Below are positions 14,501 to 26,500 of a stretch of DNA of 64,000 bases, piece after piece. Both the position numbers and the translations under genes were made by a program. The DNA is from Tubulanus polymorphus. Taxonomy: Eukaryota; Animalia; Nemertea. The stretch is taken from NCBI RefSeq assembly GCF_964204645.1, contig NC_134029.1:10504850-10568849 (forward strand), given 5' to 3'. How positions within the stretch are numbered: the first letter of the stretch is position 1; each line of letters begins with the position of its first letter. Below the pieces are notes generated by a model that saw only the letters and a list, made by a program, of their open reading frames with translations, was not told where the DNA came from and ran no database searches.

Positions 14501-17500
14501 CAGTATATTTAGTCCCAGTACGCACCAACCGGCACAGGCCTAACACTGTTTGTCAACTGTGTGTACCGTTGTAGGCTATCGATAATCACCTGATACTTTT
14601 CTGTCGTTTGTTTTCTCTCTGAGACGAAGACGAACGTAATTCTAGTAGCCTTCCGCCGGACTCGTAAACTCTTGGACTCGGACCCACTGAGCAATAAATT
14701 CATAAAATTGACTTTGAAATTGATTGTGGAGAAGAGAGGGAATTATTCGATAGCTCTTCCTCGGAAAGACGAGAGAAATATCGGTAAGAAAACACAACAT
14801 GGCTACTAATTGAACGGAGCCAAATTTCCGATGTTTACGGCTCGACAGTGCCTTTATAACGTGGATTTATCAAAATTCCCATGCAGTATCTGGAGATTGA
14901 AGTGAGCTGACGGACATCATACGGATTGTATCGGCGACTGCGGTAAGGTAAGGAAGCCTTTACACTTTTGAAAAAACAAAAACTATGTGGAAAAGGGAAA
15001 AAAAAATAATAATAATCACCCGAATTTCAATAGGGTTTTCTGTGAAGAAACAGAAAACCCTAATAAGAAACACACGAATCTCAATAGGGTTTTCTGTGAT
15101 GTAACAGAAAACCCTAATCAATGGAGAAGAGAATTTCATCCTACAAGAACTCAATAATGAATACGCCACCCTTGAACTTATTGATCACCCTGGAGAAAAT
15201 AAGAATGTTTCTTCTTATGTCTGTCAGATCTACGATTAATATGAAACTCAGGGGGTCAAAAGGACACGATTTTGATGGCCCACCTCATCAAATGTTATAT
15301 CATATGAAAGTTTTGACTACTTAATACAAAATAACACTAACTTGTAATGCATGCAAATAGTGAAATTCCTGATTGCTAATGGGTTATTGGTGTTGGTAAT
15401 TCCTGTGTGGTACATTTGAAACAAGTTGTGTTCTAACTGGCCTCAGAGACTCTTGATGTTTTTTCCTTGCCCTCATAACGGTTTGGTTGTTAATGACATT
15501 TTTGTGCGTCTTTTCTGCCACAACACTAGTTTCAACATCATGAGATCAGATGCATCAAAACTAAGACAGAGTTTGATTTAAGTACTGGCCTGAGGCCAGT
15601 GGATTACTTGTTGGGCCAGTAGATTCTTTATGCCTATAAATCTGTTGGGCCAATGGTTATTTCAGTTACCAATGTAAAAGGAATTTTATCTATGTGCAAA
15701 CATCCGTTTATCTTTGTCCCTATTTCAAAGTTTCCTCAGTAAGCTCTCAGCATACAGTCAACTCTAAACGTAGCTTAGAGTTGGCTTCCTTTCTTGGAAT
15801 TGCGTGTGGAGTAAGGTGCGCAGCCGTTATATATTTCATTTTAGGGCTATCAATTAGATGAAAAAGATATCATTCCATTGGATGGGAATAACACATCACT
15901 TCCTGAGAAGCTCCAAAGTGTAAATGCATATTTAGGGTAAGTATTTCAAGTTGAAATCTTGTTCTTTAAACACGTATTTTATGAATGAATGTAATGACAA
16001 TTTAATAGCTGCTCACAATGTGCGGTTCATGCCAGCGCAAATAAGTTTCTTGCCGTTGTTAGTACAGGGCAATAGCTATCGACTAACCTCAAGAAAACCC
16101 AAGGTTGTGCATGGTCCAGGGAAAAAAGTTTTTTTTCAATCTTGGTATTTTGCTTGGCATGGTTGATTATCATATTTAAATGTACTGCAGTCAGTGTGCA
16201 TCGTGTGAAAACGTGCCTCAGACGCATGGACTAGTTTAAGTTTCCAGGAAATTGGCTGACTTCCAAACTACTGCCAATCACTCTAGCGACTGCCGTTGTA
16301 AAGCTGGTAGTGTATATTCAATGGATTGTTTCGTTTTGAACACATCGTGATGCTCTGGATCTTTTTATCTAGACTATTAGACAAATTTTATATATACCAG
16401 GTGAAAAACTTTTTTCGGTGAACTCACAGAGAGACTAGCAGGGACAATTAGTTTGAGTAGCCTAATAGCAATAATGTGTTCTTAAGCTGGCTGCTTACCA
16501 ATTATCAACAGTTACTTGCCAATCACTAACACTATCAATTGAAATCAATTAATTTGATATTTCTAAGATTAAAAATATGCAATTTCATGTAGGCCTATAC
16601 ACTACTGCTGGCTTTATTTCGCTGTATCATTTGCCTTATTCAGATTGTTTTTTTCTGCTATTTTTTTGTGTGCAACTGTTTTCCAAATCATTTTGAGAGC
16701 CCTATCTATCGTATTATTGATTAACTTTAGTTCATTGACAGGCATAGGTGTAAGGATGTACTGTGGTCAAGTGTGCCACTCATGGCAAAATCAGAGTTAA
16801 ACATAGTTTCTAGTCCTCAAGCGTAGTAGGGGGTACCTTGATTCTATACAATAGGGAACATTGCAGGTTGCCCCTAAAACAGACGTGAGTGCGTTATTAT
16901 GTGCCTTTGCTCCAATGGAATCACGCACAAAAATGCCCTTATTTGAAATCAGCACCCTGCCCTTTTTTAATGCTAGATGAAGCACTGAGTGCTATTCCCG
17001 TTATTCAACACACTAGGGTGGAATTTTCCCAAATTTTCACATTTTCTCCAGCACTATAGGGTATTAATAAGTTAATTAGTTAACACAGCTTCTCAACATA
17101 ACTGAATTCTTCTAAACATTCGTATTTGAAGTTTCTGTTGGATTTGGCTGAATTTGCTTTGTAGTGCAGGACCAATTGCACAGGCTCTAGATGAAGGTGC
17201 TGATGTTGTTATTACTGGCAGATGTGTTGATAGTGCTGTTGTCCTAGCCCCTCTCATGCATAAAGTAGGTACAAATGCAGTTTTAGATGTAATGCTAATA
17301 TTGTTCAAATATGCGCTTGCAGGAAACTCATATTAATACCAATGTATATTTTTCGATTTTTAGTTCAAATGGAAACCAGACCAGTATGATATGCTTGCTG
17401 CTGGCAGGTAGGAAACTAATCTTTTTCTTATGTGGGGCATTAAAAGTATCACAATATTTCCTAATCAATGGCTCTTGAGGAGCTATAAGAATTGTATCAT

Positions 17501-20500
17501 CTTGATCTTGATCTTGATTATATACGTCGAGTATCCTTATAAGGCGTATAACGACGGATGAGAGAGGGCGTGCGAGGACGTTAAAAGTGTCTTCCTATGC
17601 CTTGTTGGAAGGCGCAGGAATCGCTGGCAGAGGCGATAGCCTCTTCTAATTGGTTCCACTCAGCGGTAGTACGCACAAAAGAGTTTTTGTACTGGTCTTT
17701 CCTGCTGAACGGCACTTTAAAGCACATAGAGTGATTGAACACTGTTCTCTGTACTAGATTTGTAGCTTCAAACTCTCTTAGATGTCCAGTTTGTATTTTC
17801 CTCCTGTTTGCGCGAACTCGTTCCAGAAACTGGTCAGGTGGAAGTGCCGGTACTAGACCCCCAACAATCTTATACATAAGAATAAGATGAGATTTCTTTC
17901 TTCGAGTTTCTAGTTGTGATAGGTTTTACGAATCGAGCGATGTGATACACATCCTGGATTATGAGTTGTGTAGTCTCTAGTAGTGAATCTAACAGCCTGG
18001 TGTTGGATGCGTTCCAAACGATCAATGTCACTTCTATAATGCGGGTCCCAGACGACTGCTGCGTACTCTAGTTTCGATCAGACAAGTGCTAGGTATGCCA
18101 TTCGTTTACAGTTCTCTGGGGCATAGCGCAAGTTTCGGCGTAAGAATCCCAGAATAGAACTGGCCTTTGCTGCGATAGAGCCAATATGTGCATTCCATTT
18201 CAGGTCCTCCGATAACAAGACTCCTAGATATGGGCTGCTGGTGACTCGCTTAAGTATCATGTTGCCTAAGCAATAGAAGTATTCTGACTTAGCACAGATA
18301 CTGAGTATGTTACATTTCTTGGCATTGAAGCTCATACCCCAGTCATGTGGCCATCGTTCAAGGCTTTCTAGGTCCTTCTGTAGCGTAATGTGGTCACTAA
18401 ATGATCTGATGACTCGGTAGAGTAGGCAATCGTCTGCGAAGAGGCAACAAGCAGGGTGGGGAACAAAGTCGAAAGCCTTGCTGAAATCCAAAATTGCTAT
18501 GTCTACTTGCTCGTCTGAGTTATAGGACATAGTTAAGTCGTTCACTGTTGTAAGGAGTTGGGTTTCACATGAGTGTCCTGCTCTGAATCCATGATTTAGG
18601 TTAGTTAGAATTCTGTTTTTCTCAAGGTGACAGCGAAGGTGGCTGCACCCTTTTTGAGCACCTTACTTGGTATGGAGGTAAGAGAAACTGGTCTCTAGTT
18701 CTTGGCTAAGTGGCGATCTCCATTTTTAAAGATGCAAGAAACATTCGCTGCTAACCAATCTGACGGTCGCACACCACTATCAACCGATTTTTGGAAAATC
18801 TTAAGCGCTGGTGCTATGTGATCCGCACATTCTTTAAGTATAGCGTTTGGTATGTTGTCCGGTCCAGTAGCATTGGCTGGGTTTAAATCCCGGAGTAACT
18901 TGGCTACTCCTTTCTTTTCGACCGTGATTTCTGATATGGCGGGGTGGCGCTTACTTGATGTCGGCGCTGGTAAAGGTGAACCATCGTTCCGTGTAAAGAC
19001 GGATTGGAATTGTTCCAATAATATCCTGGCCTTCGTCTTAGGGTCGCTGTAGAGTTTTCCATCTTTTTTTATGGGGGCCACACCTACACAGTCCTGTCGT
19101 TTACGTTTCACATAGTTCCAGAACGGTTTAGTATTCTTTTCTCGAAATCCTTTTTCGATGGTATTGTTTACATAGTCCCACTCTGCCTTCCTCATATCAC
19201 GTCTGCACTCTTTTTGAAAATGGTAGTAGTTTTTCCAGCTGTTGTGTTTCTTTGCCTTGTTATAGAGTCTTCTTTTCCGGCGAAGCAATTTCCTGACATT
19301 ACGGGGCTGAGCGGGTACTACGCACGCTTTTTTTGGTATATGTTCGTCACACGAGGATAGTAGGCCAGTGAGACCACAGAGTATTGGTATCAGAATACTG
19401 GTCGTACATTTCACTTATTGAACGTGCAATCTTTGTTAGGTCTTGATACTACGTGGTACTGATAATATGTCTCGGTGCTTGGCTTAACATGTTGTGGTTT
19501 GATGTTTACATCAGTAACGGTCATTACATGGTCGGCGATGCCTGGTACTGATTTGATGCTTTAAGAAGCGATGGATTTGACATGAAAACAAGATCCAGTA
19601 TGTTTGACTCTCTTGTCGGTTCTCTATGGATCTGAGTTATTTGGTTCTCGGAGGAAAGATCCAATAAGAATCTTCTAACTTCACGCTCAGAGCACATGTC
19701 TTATTTTATCCCAGTGTCCCAATCTATGTTTGGGCAGTTGAAATCGCCTGTGAGTATAACATGTTTGGGGTTTACGGAGCTGATTAGTAGCTCTAAGGAT
19801 TTATTCAGCTCATTTAGGTATGTCATAATATGCTGCGGCATGTAAAAGGAGCTAATCCATCCCTAATCTCAACTTTACACCATAGAATCTCACAGTCAGT
19901 CGATAGCTCAGGCCTGATCTCAGACACGAGGTGGCTGTGGACTAGGATGAATACTCCACCACCTCCCTTGTGTCGATCCTTTCGATAGACAGTGTAGTCT
20001 TTTGGAAAAATTTCGCTAGAACCAATCGAGCCATCAAGCCATGATTCCGTGCCACATACGATGTCGGGTTCCAGACACTTGACACATGCGGTGAACTCAG
20101 ACCATTTGTTTACTATGCTCTGAAAGTAAGCGGTTATTATACGGATATTCTGTTTTGGTGGTGCGTCAAAAACCGAGTCATTTATATCTGTGTGTGGAGC
20201 TCTAATTCGCTGGTTTGAGGTATGCAATTTCCGGTCATTATCACTGACGCTCCGGTGGCCTCGACTATCCTCCTTTTGTCGATTTACATTTCGACTGCGT
20301 TTGCTATCCCGGTGTATAATCGGACTGCTAGCTTTGAGTGGGCTGAAGTCGAGGCTTGACGTGACTGAGTCGATTGTTGCATCAGATAAGAGGCTGAAAT
20401 AGTTTGAACATTCCAATTCGTAGGTCCGAAAACTGAAACTGTCGCTGTTTGCACTGTCACATTTGAAGCAAAACCACAGCGCTGATGGTCTATTTAAGGC

Positions 20501-23500
20501 ATCATAGCTAGCGGAGTCCAGCTCGTAGTGTTTCATGTTCAGGTCGTAGCTAGGATTTGATATGGATTCAATATGAACCATTGTGTAAATTTAGGAAAGT
20601 CTATATTAAGAATTTTGTTTCTTGTTATACAGTGAACCCCGCATAAGTCGTCATTGAATTAGGCGTATCTTCACATATCTCGTATAATTGATTTAGTCAC
20701 AATTAGGATCAACATTAGGATCAGTGTGGCCGAGCGGTTAGAGCGTTAGTCTGGGAAGCCAGGTCGTGGGTTCGAACCCCGTACATTGCCGTAGTGTCCT
20801 CGGGCAAGACACTTATCCTCATTGCCTCTCTCCACCCAGGAGTAAATGGGTACCTGGCCTGATAGACGACTACTGAGCGTTTGTTAGCAGCTCAGTGTTA
20901 CTTCTCCCCAGGGAGAGATGACTGATACATGTTAGAGTATAAAATTGGCCGGGGTAATAATATCGAAAATGTAAAGCGCTCTGAGCAGCCTGGCTGGATT
21001 TAGCGCTATATAAGACACATATTATTATTATTATCATTAGAATTTTCTTCTTTAATCTTTATGAAATTATGCTTATAACTTGTACTTCATATGTTGTATC
21101 AATTTTAGAAGCCAAATTTTCTGATTCCATTCAAAATACATCGCGTAAGTCACATCGCAAAATGCCGGCAGCAGATAAAAAAATACGCTACAATATTGTC
21201 AGTGTAAGACGTGTTCAGACAGTTACAATGTAATTATTTTGTGACGTTGTCTGTGTGGTGCACGTGACAGCTTTAATTGATTGATTGAGCGATATAGGAT
21301 CTGCTCATTATATGACCGGGAACATGACAAACCATGCTGGATTCTGAGCGTCGTATATAGCCGCGATCACACGAGCATTTTTGGCCCTGGCCAAATTTTG
21401 CCGTTTCACACGGGTGCCAAATAAGCCTGAGCCTGTTTCGCCCAGGCCAAATTTGGCTCGACCAAAAACGTCCGACCAGGCCTGAGCCAAATTTTACCAC
21501 CAGACAAATGATTGCTTTTGATTTGCAACTGATCCACTTCGCTTTGTTTGAGCATTGTTATGTATTGAGTGAATGGTTTGCGTGTCAGCGCACTCTCTAA
21601 TCAGGCAAGGGCCAAATTTGGCCTGATCCTGATACGTGCCAATTTGGCCTGGGCAAAATCGTGTCCGTGTGATCGCGGCTTATATCGTATATTCCACGGG
21701 TTATTCGTATAAAACCATGACTTACAGATAACTTGTAAAAATACATCTTACACTTAACTCGTACATGACGTAAGTCATAGTAGAATCGTCAGTCCCGAGG
21801 ACTACGACTTATTTGACTGTATTTACAAGCTTCCTAACAATTTTGGTAATAATTTTTTGATAATTTTTAGGATAGTAATAGATATTCTGTTAGCTCTTGA
21901 TGGCACAAATTGTAACCACTGGATATACACAGCTGTTATTTTGTCAAAAGGAAGGAAACAGGGGTTGGAATTTTTATAGAAAAGTTCACATATCAGCTCT
22001 CGGCCAGTTGGAAGGACTGGGAAAATATATGCAAAATTACAATGAATTTTTCCCCATTATACTCATTGATACTTGACCTTGTTTCATTATAATTTGCGAA
22101 GAACTTCAGCATCCAAGTTCAATGTAGGAGCTGAAGGGCTTTCCTAGTGACACCATTATCAAGAACATACATATAGAACATAGTGTTGATTGTTCTGCCA
22201 TGTGCTAGTGAGTCATGAAGAATGCCCATTTCCATGTATATCATCAAAAGATGATCTGGTTAGCTTTCTCTCTCCTTCTTTAATGTAGCCTACATCAGTA
22301 TCCCTCAGAAATATAATCATTACTCCGGAAGAGTATTTGTATTTTGGAAGGTAATGACTATTTCCAATGTGGCACATCCTAATTCGGTGACAATCAGCAT
22401 CTTATGCATTATGGGACAAGCCCTGAATTATTGCAGTTAAAATGCGCCGATGAATGCTTACTAAGAATCATCACAGTGTATATAAAATATCTGAAAGCGT
22501 CCAGAATGTACGCGTGTGGCAACATAAGTATGCCTATATACATACATACATTCCTACCGTTGCCACGCACGTGTCTGCAACCGATCGACAAAATTCATAA
22601 ACATCATAGTATATACGAAATCACAGTGTTGCAATCCCTCGGCGCTCGCAATTTTGTCGGCTACGCCGTCATCTGGTTTGCATGTGTTACTCAAGAAAAA
22701 ATACCGCAGATTTAAAGGTCGGCATTCTCATCCCTGCAGCTAGAAGCATCAAATTCAATTCAATTTCATTCAGATTAAAACGAGCAAATTCAATTTGATT
22801 TCAATTTGATTAAAGACATCAATTCTAATTCAAGTTTTGTTCAGTATAAATTAATCGCAAATGATTGAGATGAAAAAAATAATTAATTGTAAGCATTTGT
22901 CTCTGTTATTTAAAGAATCAAAATTGTACTATGTTAATTAAAACAGGAGCACAAGAGTGCATGACCTTTAGTTAAATCTTTGAGCATGATTTTCAATTCA
23001 TAAACATAGCTGGAAGCAGCAATCACAGATTTGACTAAAAAGACTGTAGGTGGTTCGATTTAATCAAAGAGCTTCTCATATTTAGGGTTTATACTCGTTT
23101 TAATATCGAGTTTGGTTTGACACAACAAACATAAAATGCTGACGTGAAATAAAGGTGATCCTTATCAATTAAATGTAGAATTTGATTGAACACTGAACTT
23201 AAATTCAGTTCCTCTCAAAATATTATAGAATACAAGTTAATTAGTTGAACTTTTTGAACTTTGAACTGTTTTTGCCCAATATAACCTAAATAATCACTAA
23301 AAATCGTATATATCTAAGTTCTGAAGTGATCGAATTCTTGTTGTATAGCAACCAAATTATTGTCTGGTTGCCAGAGGAACGAAGCTCAGAGGGACGAGAG
23401 GTAGAAGCTAAAAATAACAATATTTCATAGATGTAATATAATGTATATCTCTGTATTCATTTTAACTAGTTCACGGTGAGTTCCGGAAATCGACTGAGGT

Positions 23501-26500
23501 TTCAACCCTAGTTTGGGTCCCCACATCGATTTCCCCAACCCACTGAACAACAACGCTGATTGGTTGAACACAGGCAGAGCTCGAGCCCTGATAGGTCAGC
23601 TAGGGTCACCTAGGAACCCCAAAATATAAAGAGAACACAAACTGACAGATACACGTCTTTTGATTACTCATTGTTAAAATAGTTCCGGGTCTCAACCAGA
23701 GACAATACAGGAGGAGCCGCCGGGTCTGAGTATGAGCAGAGACAGGCGTTGTCAACTGCCATACTCAGAGACCGTCACAAACTACATAATTAATAAATCT
23801 AGCTTGTGATACAATAAAATTTTACATAATCTAAAAACTCAGATATCTTTTCCTAAGATGATTGCATACTAATATTTCGATACGATTAATAGATATAATG
23901 AAAATAATGATTATGATATAGAAACGTACTTATAAAATGATTATAATATGGACCGTCTCAATCCGATTTGTTACATTCTCCCCCACTATGTTCTTCAACT
24001 TAAGCATGTATTGCTAAAGTTGAAGAGGTCAGCTACAAAAACAGTTTGTTTTTTTTTTTTACTATACAAGTATCCGACTATACAAGGTTTGGACATAATA
24101 CATCGAAATCGTGTTTTTTTTTTGTACTTCACCAGAGGTGAACACAATACATCATATTATATTTTGTTGTCAAATACCATGTTACAACGCTGTATACAAT
24201 ACTACGAAAATGAAAAAAATGATTACATATTACATCATATAACACGACAGAGTTAAGTATTACGAACCAAATCAATTTAATCAAATCCGTCCTGCGACAG
24301 TGTCGGTAAGGTTAGTATACTAACTAAACCAACATGGGTAGAAAAATGTACCGTAAAATTTCTTGTAGCGATAATCTTACGAGCCTTCTGTGCCTGCCAT
24401 ACAGACACCGGAAAAACGGAGGGAATAGACTAAACTACAGATATAAGTTTATTAATGATTAATTAAAATCATTGAAACAGAAGTGCGACTTAGGGCGAAA
24501 AGTGCCATGGATAGCTAGTCTATCTACACCTGCAGGGGGTTGTATAACCAAAAAATGTGGACAGAGGTCTAGATCAATTAAACGAACAGTAATGCAATTG
24601 GTTGCATTAAAACTGGTCATTAAAAGAGGGGAATGACGAGATGATTGGCGATATTGGAAGAAAATAACTAAAAGGAAGACACTCATCATTAGAACTAACA
24701 AAACAACCAAAAGACTTAACCCACTAGATATATAGTGAAAGTAGTCCTCCAGATCGAAGGGTGACACCGTAGAGGAGGGTACCTGTTGTTGGTAGTGGAA
24801 CCCACTTAGTTTCATCGCTTGCACCGGGCGCGCTATTGATAATGCAGTTAGGGAGACAGCCATTGCTTTATGGCTGAACCAGAGTTTGACGACAACGAGA
24901 CACAAGATTACCGAAAAACCTACTGAACAAAAGAGAAGAATACTGGTCCAGTCAGTAAATGAAGGAGATATGGAGATGTCCCCTGAAGCAATAGATTCTG
25001 CCAAGGTCCTTAAAACTCTACGGTCTGACTTTATGGATTTAGACAAGCGTCGCAAATTGAGATGTCATCATCGGCGAATAGTGCATTCATCGAATGATTT
25101 TACAAATCAAAAAACGGAATAGAAACAGGAACGGGTGCAGATTGAATCGTAGATCCAGAAAGGTTCGCGTATAGTTCTTTCGGGAAGAAAGACTGAATGA
25201 CCGCTATGTTAACCGGATGTAATAGAATCAATCGTGTACTAGGTTTGCATGAGTTTAAACGAGGTCGAAGCTGCATAGTGCCAGAGGAGAGGCGACATAA
25301 ACAGGGGACTGATATGACGCAAAAGTGACACCCGTTAATGACTTTATCTGAACCACAAGATAAGGAAAGTTTAGAAATCTGGTACACTAGTACCTGAGAT
25401 GGGGTAAGTTCCATGAGTGTCGGCGATACGGAATCTAATCGCACTCTGAAGTCACACAGTCTTGCAATGTTGTTCTTATCTTTGAGATACAGGGCGGCTG
25501 AACATGACGGGTCAGTGAATGATTTCAGTGGCAAATTAAATGGACATTGCAACGTGCCCCCTACAAGAAGGCAAGCTTGGCGATCAACCTCATTAAAACT
25601 GGTGGAATACTGACTGTCAGCTGTCGCAGCGAAATTAGAAAGCAAATCGAGCAATTGAGTCGAATGGCTCGAAGACCCATTAACAGGAACCGGGAAGGTG
25701 CGTATGTTAAAAAGTTGTAACGTCTTAGACAATAAGCTGAGTGGAAAGCGAATGGTAACATATAGATTAGTGCCGTTTCTGGAGTAGACAGGAACAACGT
25801 TTTTGTATATAGACGATGGGGATTCGCTAGTTAAAGGGAAACTCTGAAACTTGGTGACGAGGATAGCGTTTATACTATTGATGGAATCTCTAATGACCTC
25901 CGCATTAATCTGAAACTGAGATCATTTTCCTTCAACAAGTTAGTTAACCACCTCTTTGAATTATAAAAGCTGTAGTTCGACTTCTTGACTGGCTTCGACA
26001 TGTTTTGTGTAGGTAAGCGGGTAGTGCTACGCGCAAGTTTTTTTTAGGTCAATTGAACTCGGGTAAATAATTTTGAGATAGGCTGATGATTGCTCTTAAT
26101 ACCCTTAAACGCAGCATCCGTACGTTTATTAATGAGTTTCGCAAAAGATGATTATGGTGGCTGATGAGGGCCATCGTGAAAAAAAAAACACGAATATGCA
26201 CAGAGATGCTAGTTTTCCAGAAATATCCGGAATTCCGGAAATTTAGGATCGCCGATGTCAATTCCGGAAATTGGGTGAGAATTCCTCGCAGCGACCAGTA
26301 ATGGCACGGACCGTAAAAGCGTTCGTTTGATTGTACTCGTCGTCGCTTCTGTGTTATTTTATCTTGGTTTCTGTTTCCGAGGACGTTCTGCTACAATGTA
26401 TATAGGTGTGCTTGTTGTGGTATCTGTGCGTGCGTAGGCGGAGCGCCACTGTTGTGACTCCATTTCCAATTAATAGTCAAATCTTTACGCGCCGTTGTAC

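Larger units (their letters stand above)
6715..15117 (-). mobile_element. Head-to-tail array of three non-autonomous Helentron-type (HINE/DINE-like) units: ~6715-9231, 9232-11638, 11639-15117
   Basis: Junction aaatatagctgc.aagcagcgat...gg(g)ttttctg recurs at 6715, 9232 and 11639; GGGTTTTCTG..CAGAAAACCC stems at 15032-15060 and 15087-15113; (TAA)n microsatellite; units 1 and 3 near-identical over >2 kb. Confidence 0.7.

Noticed and set aside
6715-15000. The two long direct repeats as LTRs of one element
   Set aside because: No TG..CA ends, PBS, PPT or gag-pol between them; ends match Helentron-type structure.
6633-15324. Short ORFs in the repeated units as genes
   Set aside because: Paralogous copies differ by frame-breaking indels; no recognisable domains.
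20719-20790. tRNA gene
   Set aside because: A/B boxes present but no complete cloverleaf; continues into SINE body and tail.
5031-23975. LTRs at 5031 and 23432 as a pair
   Set aside because: No evident sequence similarity and each has its own PPT; they are 3' LTRs of separate elements.
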